Shown here one piece after another: positions 9,349-18,914 of a stretch of DNA of 60,788 bases. Numbering within the stretch: the stretch's first letter is position 1; each line of letters opens with the position of its first letter. Both the position numbers and the translations under genes were made by a program. Location of the stretch: the IMG/VR virus record IMGVR_UViG_3300028610_001111; one strand, 5' to 3'. This DNA comes from a virus. The notes below the pieces were generated by a model that was given only the letters and a program-made list of their open reading frames with translations, ran no database searches and was not told where the DNA came from.

Positions 9349-11570
9349 GTTATTTTAGATCTATAATGAGCAGCAAATCTTCCTTTCCCTGCATGATCCA
9401 TATTAGCTGCTATTAAATTATTGCCTCCAAGCGTTCCGTCTGCATGTGCGAGAGCAAGCCAGGTTTCAGCAGTTTCAAGATCTCTTGTATGATATATATA
9501 CACACCAATACTGCTAGCTATTCCAGTGCTATAATATCTAAACTTGTATCTGAAGTCATCCCAAAAATCTGTAGAACCGCTTCCTACATAAGGAGTTCTT
9601 GTGATAGTATAATTATTTGTTCCGTCAATATTAATAGATGGTGATACATTATTACTCTTGTCAGAATTAAGGAACGAAGAGAAATTTATAGCAGATCTCC
9701 AATTCTTATATATATAAGCTTCCCCATCTCCGTATCTTGTAGGCCAGTAAGAATAATGAGCAGCAGCTTTACTTCCTGCATAAACACTGTTTGCATTATA
9801 TGTTCCGTCTTCAAGCATAGAATTTGAAGCTTGATAAACACCGCCTAGTAAATTATCTTCTGCAGCTATTGGATTACTAACGTTTTTATATATCGTTGAT
9901 AAATTACCATTCAGATAAGTATTTGTAGATGAAAACTCGTATACTCCTGAATTGTTACTTTCAGTCCAAGCTATACGTCCATCATAAGTTCCATCAAGGT
10001 TGAATGAATTAGTTGCCTGATAAATTGATGCGCCTCCAGAAGGAGAAGGTGCAGATATAGGAGTCCTGCTGTTTTTATATATCCTTGATTTTTGAGTCTT
10101 GAATGCAGAGTTAAGGCTATTTATGGTTACATCATTTTCAACACTTGCTCTGTATATTTTTCTAGAATTATAAAGCCCATCTTCAGTCATGGAATTACTT
10201 GCTCTATAAATCCCTCCCTGAACATCATCATCTGCAGATATAGCATTATTGCTATCTTTATATATAGTTTCGGTCTCTTCCATTAATGCTGAATCTAATG
10301 ACTTATATTCGTATACGCCTGCACCTGTTCCGTATGTATACTGTTGCCTACCATCGTAAGTTCCATCCTCATTTATGCTTTGTGCAGCTCTATATATTCC
10401 TGAACCTGAATTAGCCGGGGCCGATATTGACGTGTTTGAGTTTTTGTATATTGTTGATTGTATTGCTTTGAATGCTGAAGACATGGAGGCAAATTCAATT
10501 ATATCAGCTTTGCTTTTTGTATATACAAGTCTAGCATCGTAACCACCAACAGAATTGAATGAATTAGTAGCCCTGTAGATTGATCCTTGCCCCCTGGAAT
10601 CAAGAGCATCAATAGGAGTTGATTTATTCTCATATATTATAGTGTCTTCTTCTGTTAGATGAGTTTCTAATGAATCATATCTTGCTACAAGATCATCAAA
10701 AACAGCAGTAGTTATAATAATATCTACAAGTTCTCCTCTGTACATAGGTCTTGCAGTTTTGCCAGCTGCTTCATTTGCATTTATAATTGTCTGAGCTAAG
10801 TCTTTTGGTACGTTCCATAAGTAAAGATCGTCTGTTTCTCTCGATCCTCCAACATTACTAAACGCCTCTAATGTGTATTGTGGTCTTGCCAACTTGACAG
10901 TAATTGTAGAACTACCATCATCTTGCTTTTCATGAAATGCCTGTACAAGGTGCCAGTTATTACCATATTCCATAGTCTCTATTATCACAGTATTGTAAAT
11001 TGTAGAAAGGCTAGCCATAAAGCTTTGAACCGCAGAATTAGATACTCCGCTAAATTCTGCATATATATACTTCTCTGGACTATCGCTTGTTTCGTTTCCT
11101 GTTCCAGTAGCATTGCCTGGAAGGTCATTACCTTTAGAAAGCCTTGCCTCTTCCCAATCTAGCTCTAGAGCCCATCCTTGCCTTAATGTCTGAGCTACCC
11201 AGTAAGTAGTAGTGCCCCGATCAAGCCTTTCAATTCTCCTTACAAATGCTTGTCTATATCTTCCTTTTAAAACTGTGTTGCCTACTTTCGGATCTACTAC
11301 GAATTTTGAAGCATTGCTATTTTTTACATCAGTATACCTATCAAGGAAATATCTTATCTGAGAAAATTCATCCTTTACGCCTAACTGCCATAATCTTGTG
11401 AACTGAGAATCACCATCTACAGAAACAGTTACATTATCTTCATTTATGAAAAATTCAGAAGCAGAATCCTTAAGCTTTTCTCTTATTTTGTTAGCTTCAA
11501 TGCTAGAAGTTGGGAGTAGTTCTCTGGACATTTCTACCTCTTCCTGTGTACATGTTTGTCCTGAAGTCAA
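9345..11570 (-). CDS. large tail protein with 5-6 tandem ~60-aa repeats (nozzle/tubular-protein-sized)
   Basis: Track ORF of 741 aa. The internal Met at 11531 (MSRELLP..., preceded by AGAGGT) is a more likely start. Repeat unit is IYKNSxxPIxAxxxxxGGIYRAxNSxxxDGTYxxR. Confidence 0.6.
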   Translation of the reverse strand: MTSGQTCTQEEVEMSRELLPTSSIEANKIREKLKDSASEFFINEDNVTVSVDGDSQFTRLWQLGVKDEFSQIRYFLDRYTDVKNSNASKFVVDPKVGNTVLKGRYRQAFVRRIERLDRGTTTYWVAQTLRQGWALELDWEEARLSKGNDLPGNATGTGNETSDSPEKYIYAEFSGVSNSAVQSFMASLSTIYNTVIIETMEYGNNWHLVQAFHEKQDDGSSTITVKLARPQYTLEAFSNVGGSRETDDLYLWNVPKDLAQTIINANEAAGKTARPMYRGELVDIIITTAVFDDLVARYDSLETHLTEEDTIIYENKSTPIDALDSRGQGSIYRATNSFNSVGGYDARLVYTKSKADIIEFASMSSAFKAIQSTIYKNSNTSISAPANSGSGIYRAAQSINEDGTYDGRQQYTYGTGAGVYEYKSLDSALMEETETIYKDSNNAISADDDVQGGIYRASNSMTEDGLYNSRKIYRASVENDVTINSLNSAFKTQKSRIYKNSRTPISAPSPSGGASIYQATNSFNLDGTYDGRIAWTESNNSGVYEFSSTNTYLNGNLSTIYKNVSNPIAAEDNLLGGVYQASNSMLEDGTYNANSVYAGSKAAAHYSYWPTRYGDGEAYIYKNWRSAINFSSFLNSDKSNNVSPSINIDGTNNYTITRTPYVGSGSTDFWDDFRYKFRYYSTGIASSIGVYIYHTRDLETAETWLALAHADGTLGGNNLIAANMDHAGKGRFAAHYRSKIT

Positions 11571-12420
11571 ACAATCTATTGTGCTTATCTCTAGGGCTTT
11601 GCGTTCTAGGATCAGAAGGATTTAGTTTTATAAGTGCTGACCGTGCTTCTCTTATCTCACTATCTGATACAGGTCTTCTTTTCTTTGCTTCAGGCATTTC
11701 TCTTAATACTTTAAGTTTCAGAAGCTTTGTGTCTGCCAATAGTATAGTATCTGTATCTTTTGTAAGTGGTCTTGGAGCAGTCCAGTAATAAAGTGTTATC
11801 TCTCTGTCCTGCAATTTTATATCATTAGGATCTAAAATAACAAGATAGTTCGTTTCTGGAGGGCGTACAACAAAAATTTCATCACTCCTATCTCGTCCGT
11901 AATACTTAGGAGATATTGTAAATACATTTGCTGCTTCTTCTGTTATCTGATAATAACCGTTTTCTCCCCCAATGCGTATCCATTCATCAACAACGCTAAC
12001 TCCACCGGCTACTATAGCTGCTAAATCGTCAGACTCAAAAGTAGTACCACCTGAATTTATCAATAGATCTTGAAAATAATACAAAGGATCTTGAGATGGA
12101 TGATATGTATAAGCTTTGTAAGCGTATTCATCAACTTCTATTGCGCTACTATTCCTTAAGATAAATTCTATATTATTAGTTTCGTCCTTTATTGCATCTA
12201 TTCCAAACAGATTAGACGGCAATATGATTCCATTTTCTCCTATATCTGTAAAATCTAAATCAAGATTTGTCCTAAAATTTGATATACTTATCTCTTTGAC
12301 TATTCTTTCGTACATTGTTCCTGTAAGAAGCTCGACTCTTTCCCTGAGATCATCATCATTAACACCTGTAACATCAGTAAGTATTTCATCAATAAAAGCT
12401 TTATATAACTGCATAAACAT
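11503..12420 (-). CDS. hypothetical tail/adaptor-region protein (305 aa)
   Basis: Track ORF in the structural operon; no motif recognised. Confidence 0.55.
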   Translation of the reverse strand: MFMQLYKAFIDEILTDVTGVNDDDLRERVELLTGTMYERIVKEISISNFRTNLDLDFTDIGENGIILPSNLFGIDAIKDETNNIEFILRNSSAIEVDEYAYKAYTYHPSQDPLYYFQDLLINSGGTTFESDDLAAIVAGGVSVVDEWIRIGGENGYYQITEEAANVFTISPKYYGRDRSDEIFVVRPPETNYLVILDPNDIKLQDREITLYYWTAPRPLTKDTDTILLADTKLLKLKVLREMPEAKKRRPVSDSEIREARSALIKLNPSDPRTQSPRDKHNRLFDFRTNMYTGRGRNVQRTTPNF

Positions 12421-12486
12421 GCCTTTCTTTTTGTAAAATCCTAATATTTAATATTATAGGTCTTTTGATTTAATCATCCAAGCATA

Positions 12487-12915
12487 TTATTTTGTTTCTG
12501 GAGCTGTTATTATACTCCTTTTACTGCAAGGATCTGCAGCACATTTCGCACCTAATGCAACAGCAGTATACACCCATGAAGCTCTAATAAGTATCATTCC
12601 GTCTTCCCTGCATATCTTAAATAGTATTTTGTCAGCTTCTTTTCTGTATATATTTTTATCAATTAAATCTTCTCTCATTAACTGATAAAGAGCATCATGC
12701 ACTAAAGATCCCCTCATGAATGTTTTGGTATCAATTGCAGGGCCTGAAGGACCGTCCCACGCATATCCTCTTTTAATATCAAGTATACCATCTTTAGATA
12801 ATTTTATAAATCCATCAGGAGAATAAATGTCTGTTTCATGTTTTATAGATATGATAACGCTGTAATCACTTACTAACTGATACTTGTACCCGCCTCTGTA
12901 ATGAATATATTTCAT
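12487..12915 (-). CDS. DUF1353-family protein
   Basis: Motifs ...RGYAWDGPSGPAIDT...RGSLVHDALYQL... match my recollection of the DUF1353 signature (WDG.S.P...HD.LY), which is common next to phage fibre genes. Confidence 0.65.
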   Translation of the reverse strand: MKYIHYRGGYKYQLVSDYSVIISIKHETDIYSPDGFIKLSKDGILDIKRGYAWDGPSGPAIDTKTFMRGSLVHDALYQLMREDLIDKNIYRKEADKILFKICREDGMILIRASWVYTAVALGAKCAADPCSKRSIITAPETK

Positions 12916-12916
12916 A

Positions 12917-13270
12917 TTATTTTCTCAGTAAAGATATCCATTCCTTTATAGGCACTCCTGCAAAATCAAGCAGAATAATAGTCATGCCTAATGCTACGAT
13001 TATTCTAGGTATATCCCGAGATTCTATAGGCTTGAAAACTATTCCCCACATCTTCTTGCCACCAATATCTATCTGTTCCTCTAATTTATTTAGCCTAGCT
13101 AAAACAGATGGCTTTCCATTTGATTCGCATAATGCTTTATGAGTTTTCTTTAATATTATTTTTATTTCTTCCTGGTCTTTTTCATAGGCTTCAAATTTAG
13201 GCTCACAAACCTTGTCATGCATTTGTTCTGCTGATAATACTCCCATTTTATTATCCCCCTCTTTTTTCAT
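12917..13270 (-). CDS. small membrane protein with one C-terminal TM segment (holin-like candidate)
   Basis: Track ORF. It has a charged helical N-terminal part followed by ...RIIVALGMTIILLDFAGVPI... Confidence 0.5.
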   Translation of the reverse strand: MKKEGDNKMGVLSAEQMHDKVCEPKFEAYEKDQEEIKIILKKTHKALCESNGKPSVLARLNKLEEQIDIGGKKMWGIVFKPIESRDIPRIIVALGMTIILLDFAGVPIKEWISLLRK

Positions 13271-13271
13271 A

Positions 13272-14534
13272 TCATTCCTTAATGGTATTGGGATGCGTCA
13301 AAAACTCTTTGCCGCCAGTCCGCCAAACCTTGCTGCCTGTTATAAATATTTTTCTAGGTATAACGCCCGTTACCGTCAAGACTGCATCAGTACCGACAAA
13401 GAAAATATCGCTTTGGAATTTTGCGCCAGAATCAATAGCACCATAGGTACCGGACCGTTGCGGCCAGCCGTCTATTTCCAGCGATGCTATTGTTTGCCCC
13501 GAGTTTGCATTCATGAATCTGATCACAGCGGTATTTTGCAGATTTGTGCTTGACTCTAAATTGACAGTTGCACTGACATCAAAAACATTATTGGTAAATA
13601 ATTGTAGCCGGGCATACGGATCAATCGTCACGTCATTCCTCAGGCAACCAGGAGCCTTTGCGGCAATTAGCCCCCATCCCAAACCGCCGGAACCTTCTCC
13701 ACCGATGAGAAGCGTGGCACCGCCGTAACTATTGGATGTCGTAAGAGACGTTTCTTTACCTGTATTAGATCCGTTGCGACGGTGTATACGTAAATCTCCC
13801 ACACCGCTAATTGTAGAGGCAAATGTATTCTGGTCATTCTGCGAGTTCTGTCCTATCGTGCCGCCGCCTATGCCGAGAATTATGGTGTTTTTCCAAACCC
13901 CGCTGTTGGCCTCAACGTTGATAGCGGCATCATCTAGACGTAGATTGCCTGACCAGTTATCGTCTTGTTCGTCCTGAAATCTTATGATTGCATTAGAAGC
14001 GATTATATCTCCAGTCCCATGAAAATTATCGGTATCATCAAAACGAAAATCTGCGCCCCCGGTTAGCGTTGTGTTTGTTCTATCACTGAAAAAACATAAA
14101 TCGCCAGAAAATGTAATATTGGTTATTGATGCGAATGCGCGTAATTCGGAGTTAGGCTTAATATAAGAAAGTGTATTTGTGCCAAAAACAATCATACCGC
14201 CTTTGTGCGAAATAATAGACCCATAACTGTTGGATACAGTTAAACCATTCATACCCAAACCCGTATAAGTAAATTTGAAACCCTCTTGGTCCATATCATT
14301 ATTTCCGCCGGCGGTTTTTATGTATGTGGAAATAGTTATATCTTCAGACAAAAATAAATCTGCCCCAGTATTATTTGTGGCAATCGCTGTAGGATCATCA
14401 GGAAAACCCACTCCAGATGTCCAATTATTCGTATCTGACCATATACGATTCGTTGTCACGATAGAGTATTCATAGCTATGAACATAACCCACATGTACAA
14501 GCAGAGAAAAAAGTACTATAAGCTTTTTACTCAT
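13272..14534 (-). CDS. secreted beta-helix protein with autotransporter-associated beta-strand (PATR-type) repeats
   Basis: The start is refined to ATG 14534, 8 nt into the upstream stop, giving MSKKLIVLFSLLVHVGYVHS|YEY. The body has G/T/N-rich ~30-aa periodic segments (...NSYGGATLLIGGEGSGGLG..., ...LTGGADFRFDD..., ...GDLRIHRRNGSNTGKETSLTTSNS...). No beta-barrel translocator domain is present. Confidence 0.65.
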   Translation of the reverse strand: MSKKLIVLFSLLVHVGYVHSYEYSIVTTNRIWSDTNNWTSGVGFPDDPTAIATNNTGADLFLSEDITISTYIKTAGGNNDMDQEGFKFTYTGLGMNGLTVSNSYGSIISHKGGMIVFGTNTLSYIKPNSELRAFASITNITFSGDLCFFSDRTNTTLTGGADFRFDDTDNFHGTGDIIASNAIIRFQDEQDDNWSGNLRLDDAAINVEANSGVWKNTIILGIGGGTIGQNSQNDQNTFASTISGVGDLRIHRRNGSNTGKETSLTTSNSYGGATLLIGGEGSGGLGWGLIAAKAPGCLRNDVTIDPYARLQLFTNNVFDVSATVNLESSTNLQNTAVIRFMNANSGQTIASLEIDGWPQRSGTYGAIDSGAKFQSDIFFVGTDAVLTVTGVIPRKIFITGSKVWRTGGKEFLTHPNTIKE

Positions 14535-14844
14535 TAGCCACCCATGAATCTTTCGCCCGCTGGTTAAGCAGATGATAGCAATATCCTCTAACAATAAACA
14601 TGTATTGCCCTGTCGGGATATTGTCATCATCAAGCACGGCCTTCACGGTGCTAAACGTAGTCTTTGGTTTGCCCGCCATGATCTTACGCGGTGTAGACGG
14701 AGAGAGGCCGTGAAGTGCATTGAGTTCAGCTAGTATGCTGTTGGCTGTGGCCTCGTTTGCGCACAGTACTTTGCCGTCTGGAGTTGCGGCATATGCTGCG
14801 AAGGCCAAAAATAAAACTATAAAAGAAATTATGTATCTATGCAT
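14527..14844 (-). CDS. small secreted protein (105 aa)
   Basis: Track ORF. N-terminus MHRYIISFIVLFLAFAAYA|ATPDG is a classical AxA signal peptide. Confidence 0.55.
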   Translation of the reverse strand: MHRYIISFIVLFLAFAAYAATPDGKVLCANEATANSILAELNALHGLSPSTPRKIMAGKPKTTFSTVKAVLDDDNIPTGQYMFIVRGYCYHLLNQRAKDSWVANE

Positions 14845-14845
14845 A

Positions 14846-17800
14846 TCACTCCCCTATGTAATGGCCTTGGAATAATGCAAATGCTTCATTTGCCACCCTG
14901 ACAGTAGAATCATTATTAAAAAGGAATACCTCAATATACTCATTAGTTGCTAGATGCATGCAGTAAACTGCCCTCAGCGTATTAAAAGAACTACCCGAAG
15001 CTGTAACCCTGGCCATAGATGGATTTTGTATGGCACCCGCTTTGTATAGCGCGATCCAACACCAAGCTTGATCTGCAACAGCATCCATCCTGATATTAGC
15101 GACAAAATGATAACTTCCCGGCACTTGAGGATTATACCTAAATAAATTCGTATCATAGCCAGAGTAATTATCATCTATAATTAAATCTGCCTCCATTCTG
15201 GTCGCTATTGCATTTGTAATATTTTGTTGTGTAGACATATGCACAGTGAAAAATGGAGGCTGAGTTAATGAAACATTTGTAGATGCAAGATCATTTATGT
15301 TAGTATAGGAAAAATTATTGCCGTTCACATTATTTGTTTGAGCCCTGCTATCAAGTGGACCGCCCGATGAAGCCGTTGCCGCAGCAGCCTGCCATCTTTG
15401 ATCCGTTGCATTCCATTTAGCGATTTGTCCGTCTGTAGGTGTGTTAGTGGTTATAGATCCTGCGCCTGCTACGTAGTTAGAAAGCACGCTTCCATCAAGA
15501 GTAATTGGACCAGCACCTAGAATTCTGTATCCACTCGCAAATCTCGAAGTCCACTGATCGTCAAGAGAGCTAGTTTGCGCAGTGCCGTCAGACCACACAA
15601 CGCTATTCTCATTTGAAGATATTGCGCCTTCTCCCAAAGCCATGGAATCAGTAGCGGTTGCACCTGAATTATTGCCCAAAACAATAGCACTTGAACCAGA
15701 TGCATTATTACCAGCCCCAAGGGATAAAGAACTTGCGCCACTTGCAACCGTTGTATCACCAATAGCTATAGCAGCACTCGAACTAGCTGTCGCATCGTTT
15801 CCTATTGCGATTGACCTAAAAGCATTCGCCTCTGCACTGTTTCCAATTGCACAAGAGTCAGAACCAGAAGCATCAGACAATGTTCCAGACGCAAATGAAT
15901 CGCCGCCCGTTGCAGTCGCTGATGTGCCGACATTAAGATTATCGGCCACGGATAAATCATCGTTTATGTTGACATCTAGCGTTACTGTCAAATTACTTGT
16001 TATTCCGACATCAGCATCAAACGTTTCGTCCTGAGTTGTCAGCGCAACCGTACCAGCACCGCCATTAGCTTCGGGCATAGTGTACGTCATGTCTCCGCCT
16101 GTAGCGTCCGCGTTGAAACGTATGATGTTTGTGGGCGCGACAGCATCAAAGATAGTAAGCTCGGCATCTGTAAAATTTACTTTAGCCTCTGGACTCGATG
16201 CCCCGCCCCCCGCCGAACCAACAGAAGTACCAAGTTTAGGTGTAATCGTGACATCAAATGTACCGCCTCCAGCAGGGGTCCGGTGGAGGGTAGCAAAACC
16301 TACAACAATGAATTGACCGGGTAACCGTGGGTCAGAGACCGAATACACGGCATGCTGATTAACATCTTGCTGTGCGTTGGCTTGGCTGGCATAATCATCA
16401 GTAGATAAATTAAGATGGACCTCCCCAACACTGCCAGTTGTACCACTGCTGACATGCTTCATAACCACCACATTAAAATAACTTACTGAACTGCTAAGAA
16501 CAGCATTGCTATTAGCATCTACGGTGATCTGATTAAGATTAGTGATCATCTGCTTACCATCGGGATGATTATCTATTATGTAAAAAACGCTACCATTAGT
16601 AGCGGTCACAGCAGGGAATGTTTGCTCATGCAATTGTGCCGAAATTCCCGCCGTAATGGTTAAATATACATCATCATTCGCGCCGCCCTGAGTAGTAACA
16701 ACAGCCGCCAAATCTCCACCTTCTAGCCACCGAGACGGCTCAAGTCTAACCCTATGCATTAACCTTTGTACAGCCGATCTATCATCACCGTTTGGCCCCG
16801 ATACTTCATCCGTATGACGGCGTATCGAATATAGGCCAGTATTCTGCGTAAACAGGGCGTCAAGCAGACCTATATCAAACATCGGAGAATATTCTCCTGT
16901 AGGGAATGTAGTACCATTCGTGACCCCGCCAGCGAGAGCATATACATAATTCATTTGCAAACTGTTTGTGGTACCGGGTGTAAGCGTAAGATTTATCGGG
17001 GTAGCAAACTGCACAAGTGTATCGTCGAAAAATACATCAAAAGACCCTGATCCATCAGTTGTTGTAACTGCTATAGTTACGTTTGTCCCATCTGAAGAAT
17101 ATGTAAGTACTGGCCTGTTGGTCGGCATAGCATTAAGTAGTTGTCGCACCGTAGATATTTGCGAGATAGTAGCTGCATCCTGTGGGTTTACGCCGTCCAC
17201 AACATTAATCACCGAGTTAGTGCCAACGTTAAAAGTCTCAAGCGCAAGATCAGAGTAGCCATTAGCTGTTTCTGTGCCGCTCCGGAACTTGGAGGTTGCA
17301 TGCGTATTAGTAGTTCCAGCCGCCGCCGTGTTGCTCTCTGAGATTTTCCATGTGTTGGTATCTAAAATTGCAATGTTAGCTTGATTTGAATATATTATAA
17401 CCCATTGATCTAGGTTTGTAGCAATATTATTTGCAACTCCGGACGTATTGACGGCATTGCTATCTGAGTTAGCCGAAATCCAAAATTGATTGGTAAGTAT
17501 AAGATTCTGTTGTATCGTATTGGTATCAAGGTTCGCCGTTACCTGAGCCTCTAAGTTTGTAAATGCCTGTGATGCTGCTATCTCACTATTTAATCCAAAA
17601 ATCTCGTTTGCCATTATAGCCGGATGAATATTGATGTTAACATTACCGGTGACAGGATTTATGATACCGAGTTTACCAAGCCTCACGATATAATTAGTCT
17701 CTCCTGTCGGAGCGTTTGTCTGCGCTAAGCCAAACGTCGTTGCAGACAAGAATAAATCTGATCCGCTGTTACTTCCTATAGCCGTTGTATTCAATCCGCC

Positions 17801-18913
17801 TACAGACCCAAAAATCGTACATTTTCCATTTTCATTATTGAGTATTTCCTCTGTCGCAAAAGCTAACGCCTTCGCTGTTGTTTCATTATTTGCTCGTGCA
17901 AGGGCAACTGTTTCCTTTTGACCTATTTGTCCGGTAACATACACTACCTGACCATTTGTTATTGTAGATCCAGTATTATTTCTGCCGGGAAACCATAACT
18001 CTTCTCCTACGTTCATTGTGACTTCAGAGCTTTCAAAATACATTTTCCAGGAATCGTCTGTAGCATTATAAAATACACGGCCTGCCTGGTGTGCTGGATC
18101 TGCCGACAAGGGCTCAAAATCTTGATATTCTACGCCCGTAACAGCATTGCTACCGTGATCCTGATCGCCTGTGAAATCAATGATGCCGTCACGACGTATG
18201 ACTGTAGCATCGACTGCAATTGTATTTGTACCTCCAGACACAGTAACATCAATACCATCGCCACCATTAATATTTACTACTGAAGTAATATTTGTCCATA
18301 TAGGCGCAGCTAAACCTTGAGATAAGAGAATATAACCTGAAGTTCCTGCTGATATGCTTATCCAGTTTGTTCCATTAAAATAGGTTAAGTCTCCTACTGC
18401 AGAACCATCTTGATCTGAAAGAAAAGGCCATGTTGCTGTAGATCCAGAAAATGTATATAAACTTGGATTTATACTTCTAACAAAACTTAGAGTTCCTGAA
18501 TCAACTTCAGGAGCCCTTTTAATAGTTATTATTCCTTCAGGGTCTGAATTTACGTAATTATTAGTATGAGATGCTGTTATAGCGCAATACCATTTTTCAA
18601 TAGGAGAGCCGAATGTGTTTGTCATTGCCTGGAAACTTACAGTATTTGATGTGACTACTCCTGCTATGCTTACCATGTTGTCAGAATTTCTATTCCTTCC
18701 AAACTTGAAAGTAAAAGTCCATCCTGTAGCATCCCATAAATCATCACCATCATACATTGTGGCAACTATATTTGGAGTATTTCCAACCTTAGTCCTTAAA
18801 TCCCATTGTTGTCCAGTGAGTTGAAAATTAGCATTTATAGGTTTTGTAGGTGGAGCTGAATAGCAAAAAGAACATGCAATAAAGCATAAAGCAAAAATAA
18901 ACTGTTTCTTCAT
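14846..18913 (-). CDS. chimeric tail fibre/adhesin (1,355 aa) with signal-like N-terminus, YadA-head-like repeats and a C-terminal C1q/TNF-like globular domain
   Basis: N-terminus is MKKQFIFALCFIACSFCYS|APP. At about 15560-15930 it reads ...SCAIGNSAEANAFRSIAIGNDATASSSAAIAIGDTTVASGASSLSLGAGNNASGSSAIVLGNNSG... (SxAIGxxAxA repeats). The last ~135 aa (about 14849-15262) read ...PGSYHFVANIRMD...ALYKAG...NEYIEVFLFN..., which resembles the C1q jelly-roll pattern. Confidence 0.7.
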   Translation of the reverse strand: MKKQFIFALCFIACSFCYSAPPTKPINANFQLTGQQWDLRTKVGNTPNIVATMYDGDDLWDATGWTFTFKFGRNRNSDNMVSIAGVVTSNTVSFQAMTNTFGSPIEKWYCAITASHTNNYVNSDPEGIITIKRAPEVDSGTLSFVRSINPSLYTFSGSTATWPFLSDQDGSAVGDLTYFNGTNWISISAGTSGYILLSQGLAAPIWTNITSVVNINGGDGIDVTVSGGTNTIAVDATVIRRDGIIDFTGDQDHGSNAVTGVEYQDFEPLSADPAHQAGRVFYNATDDSWKMYFESSEVTMNVGEELWFPGRNNTGSTITNGQVVYVTGQIGQKETVALARANNETTAKALAFATEEILNNENGKCTIFGSVGGLNTTAIGSNSGSDLFLSATTFGLAQTNAPTGETNYIVRLGKLGIINPVTGNVNINIHPAIMANEIFGLNSEIAASQAFTNLEAQVTANLDTNTIQQNLILTNQFWISANSDSNAVNTSGVANNIATNLDQWVIIYSNQANIAILDTNTWKISESNTAAAGTTNTHATSKFRSGTETANGYSDLALETFNVGTNSVINVVDGVNPQDAATISQISTVRQLLNAMPTNRPVLTYSSDGTNVTIAVTTTDGSGSFDVFFDDTLVQFATPINLTLTPGTTNSLQMNYVYALAGGVTNGTTFPTGEYSPMFDIGLLDALFTQNTGLYSIRRHTDEVSGPNGDDRSAVQRLMHRVRLEPSRWLEGGDLAAVVTTQGGANDDVYLTITAGISAQLHEQTFPAVTATNGSVFYIIDNHPDGKQMITNLNQITVDANSNAVLSSSVSYFNVVVMKHVSSGTTGSVGEVHLNLSTDDYASQANAQQDVNQHAVYSVSDPRLPGQFIVVGFATLHRTPAGGGTFDVTITPKLGTSVGSAGGGASSPEAKVNFTDAELTIFDAVAPTNIIRFNADATGGDMTYTMPEANGGAGTVALTTQDETFDADVGITSNLTVTLDVNINDDLSVADNLNVGTSATATGGDSFASGTLSDASGSDSCAIGNSAEANAFRSIAIGNDATASSSAAIAIGDTTVASGASSLSLGAGNNASGSSAIVLGNNSGATATDSMALGEGAISSNENSVVWSDGTAQTSSLDDQWTSRFASGYRILGAGPITLDGSVLSNYVAGAGSITTNTPTDGQIAKWNATDQRWQAAAATASSGGPLDSRAQTNNVNGNNFSYTNINDLASTNVSLTQPPFFTVHMSTQQNITNAIATRMEADLIIDDNYSGYDTNLFRYNPQVPGSYHFVANIRMDAVADQAWCWIALYKAGAIQNPSMARVTASGSSFNTLRAVYCMHLATNEYIEVFLFNNDSTVRVANEAFALFQGHYIGE

Positions 18914-18914
18914 A

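Noticed and set aside
9600-10650. Diversity-generating retroelement (template/variable repeat) suggested by internal repeats in the 741-aa protein
   Set aside because: No reverse transcriptase is present anywhere in this complete genome. The repeats are tandem protein-domain repeats diverged at all base types, not a TR/VR pair.
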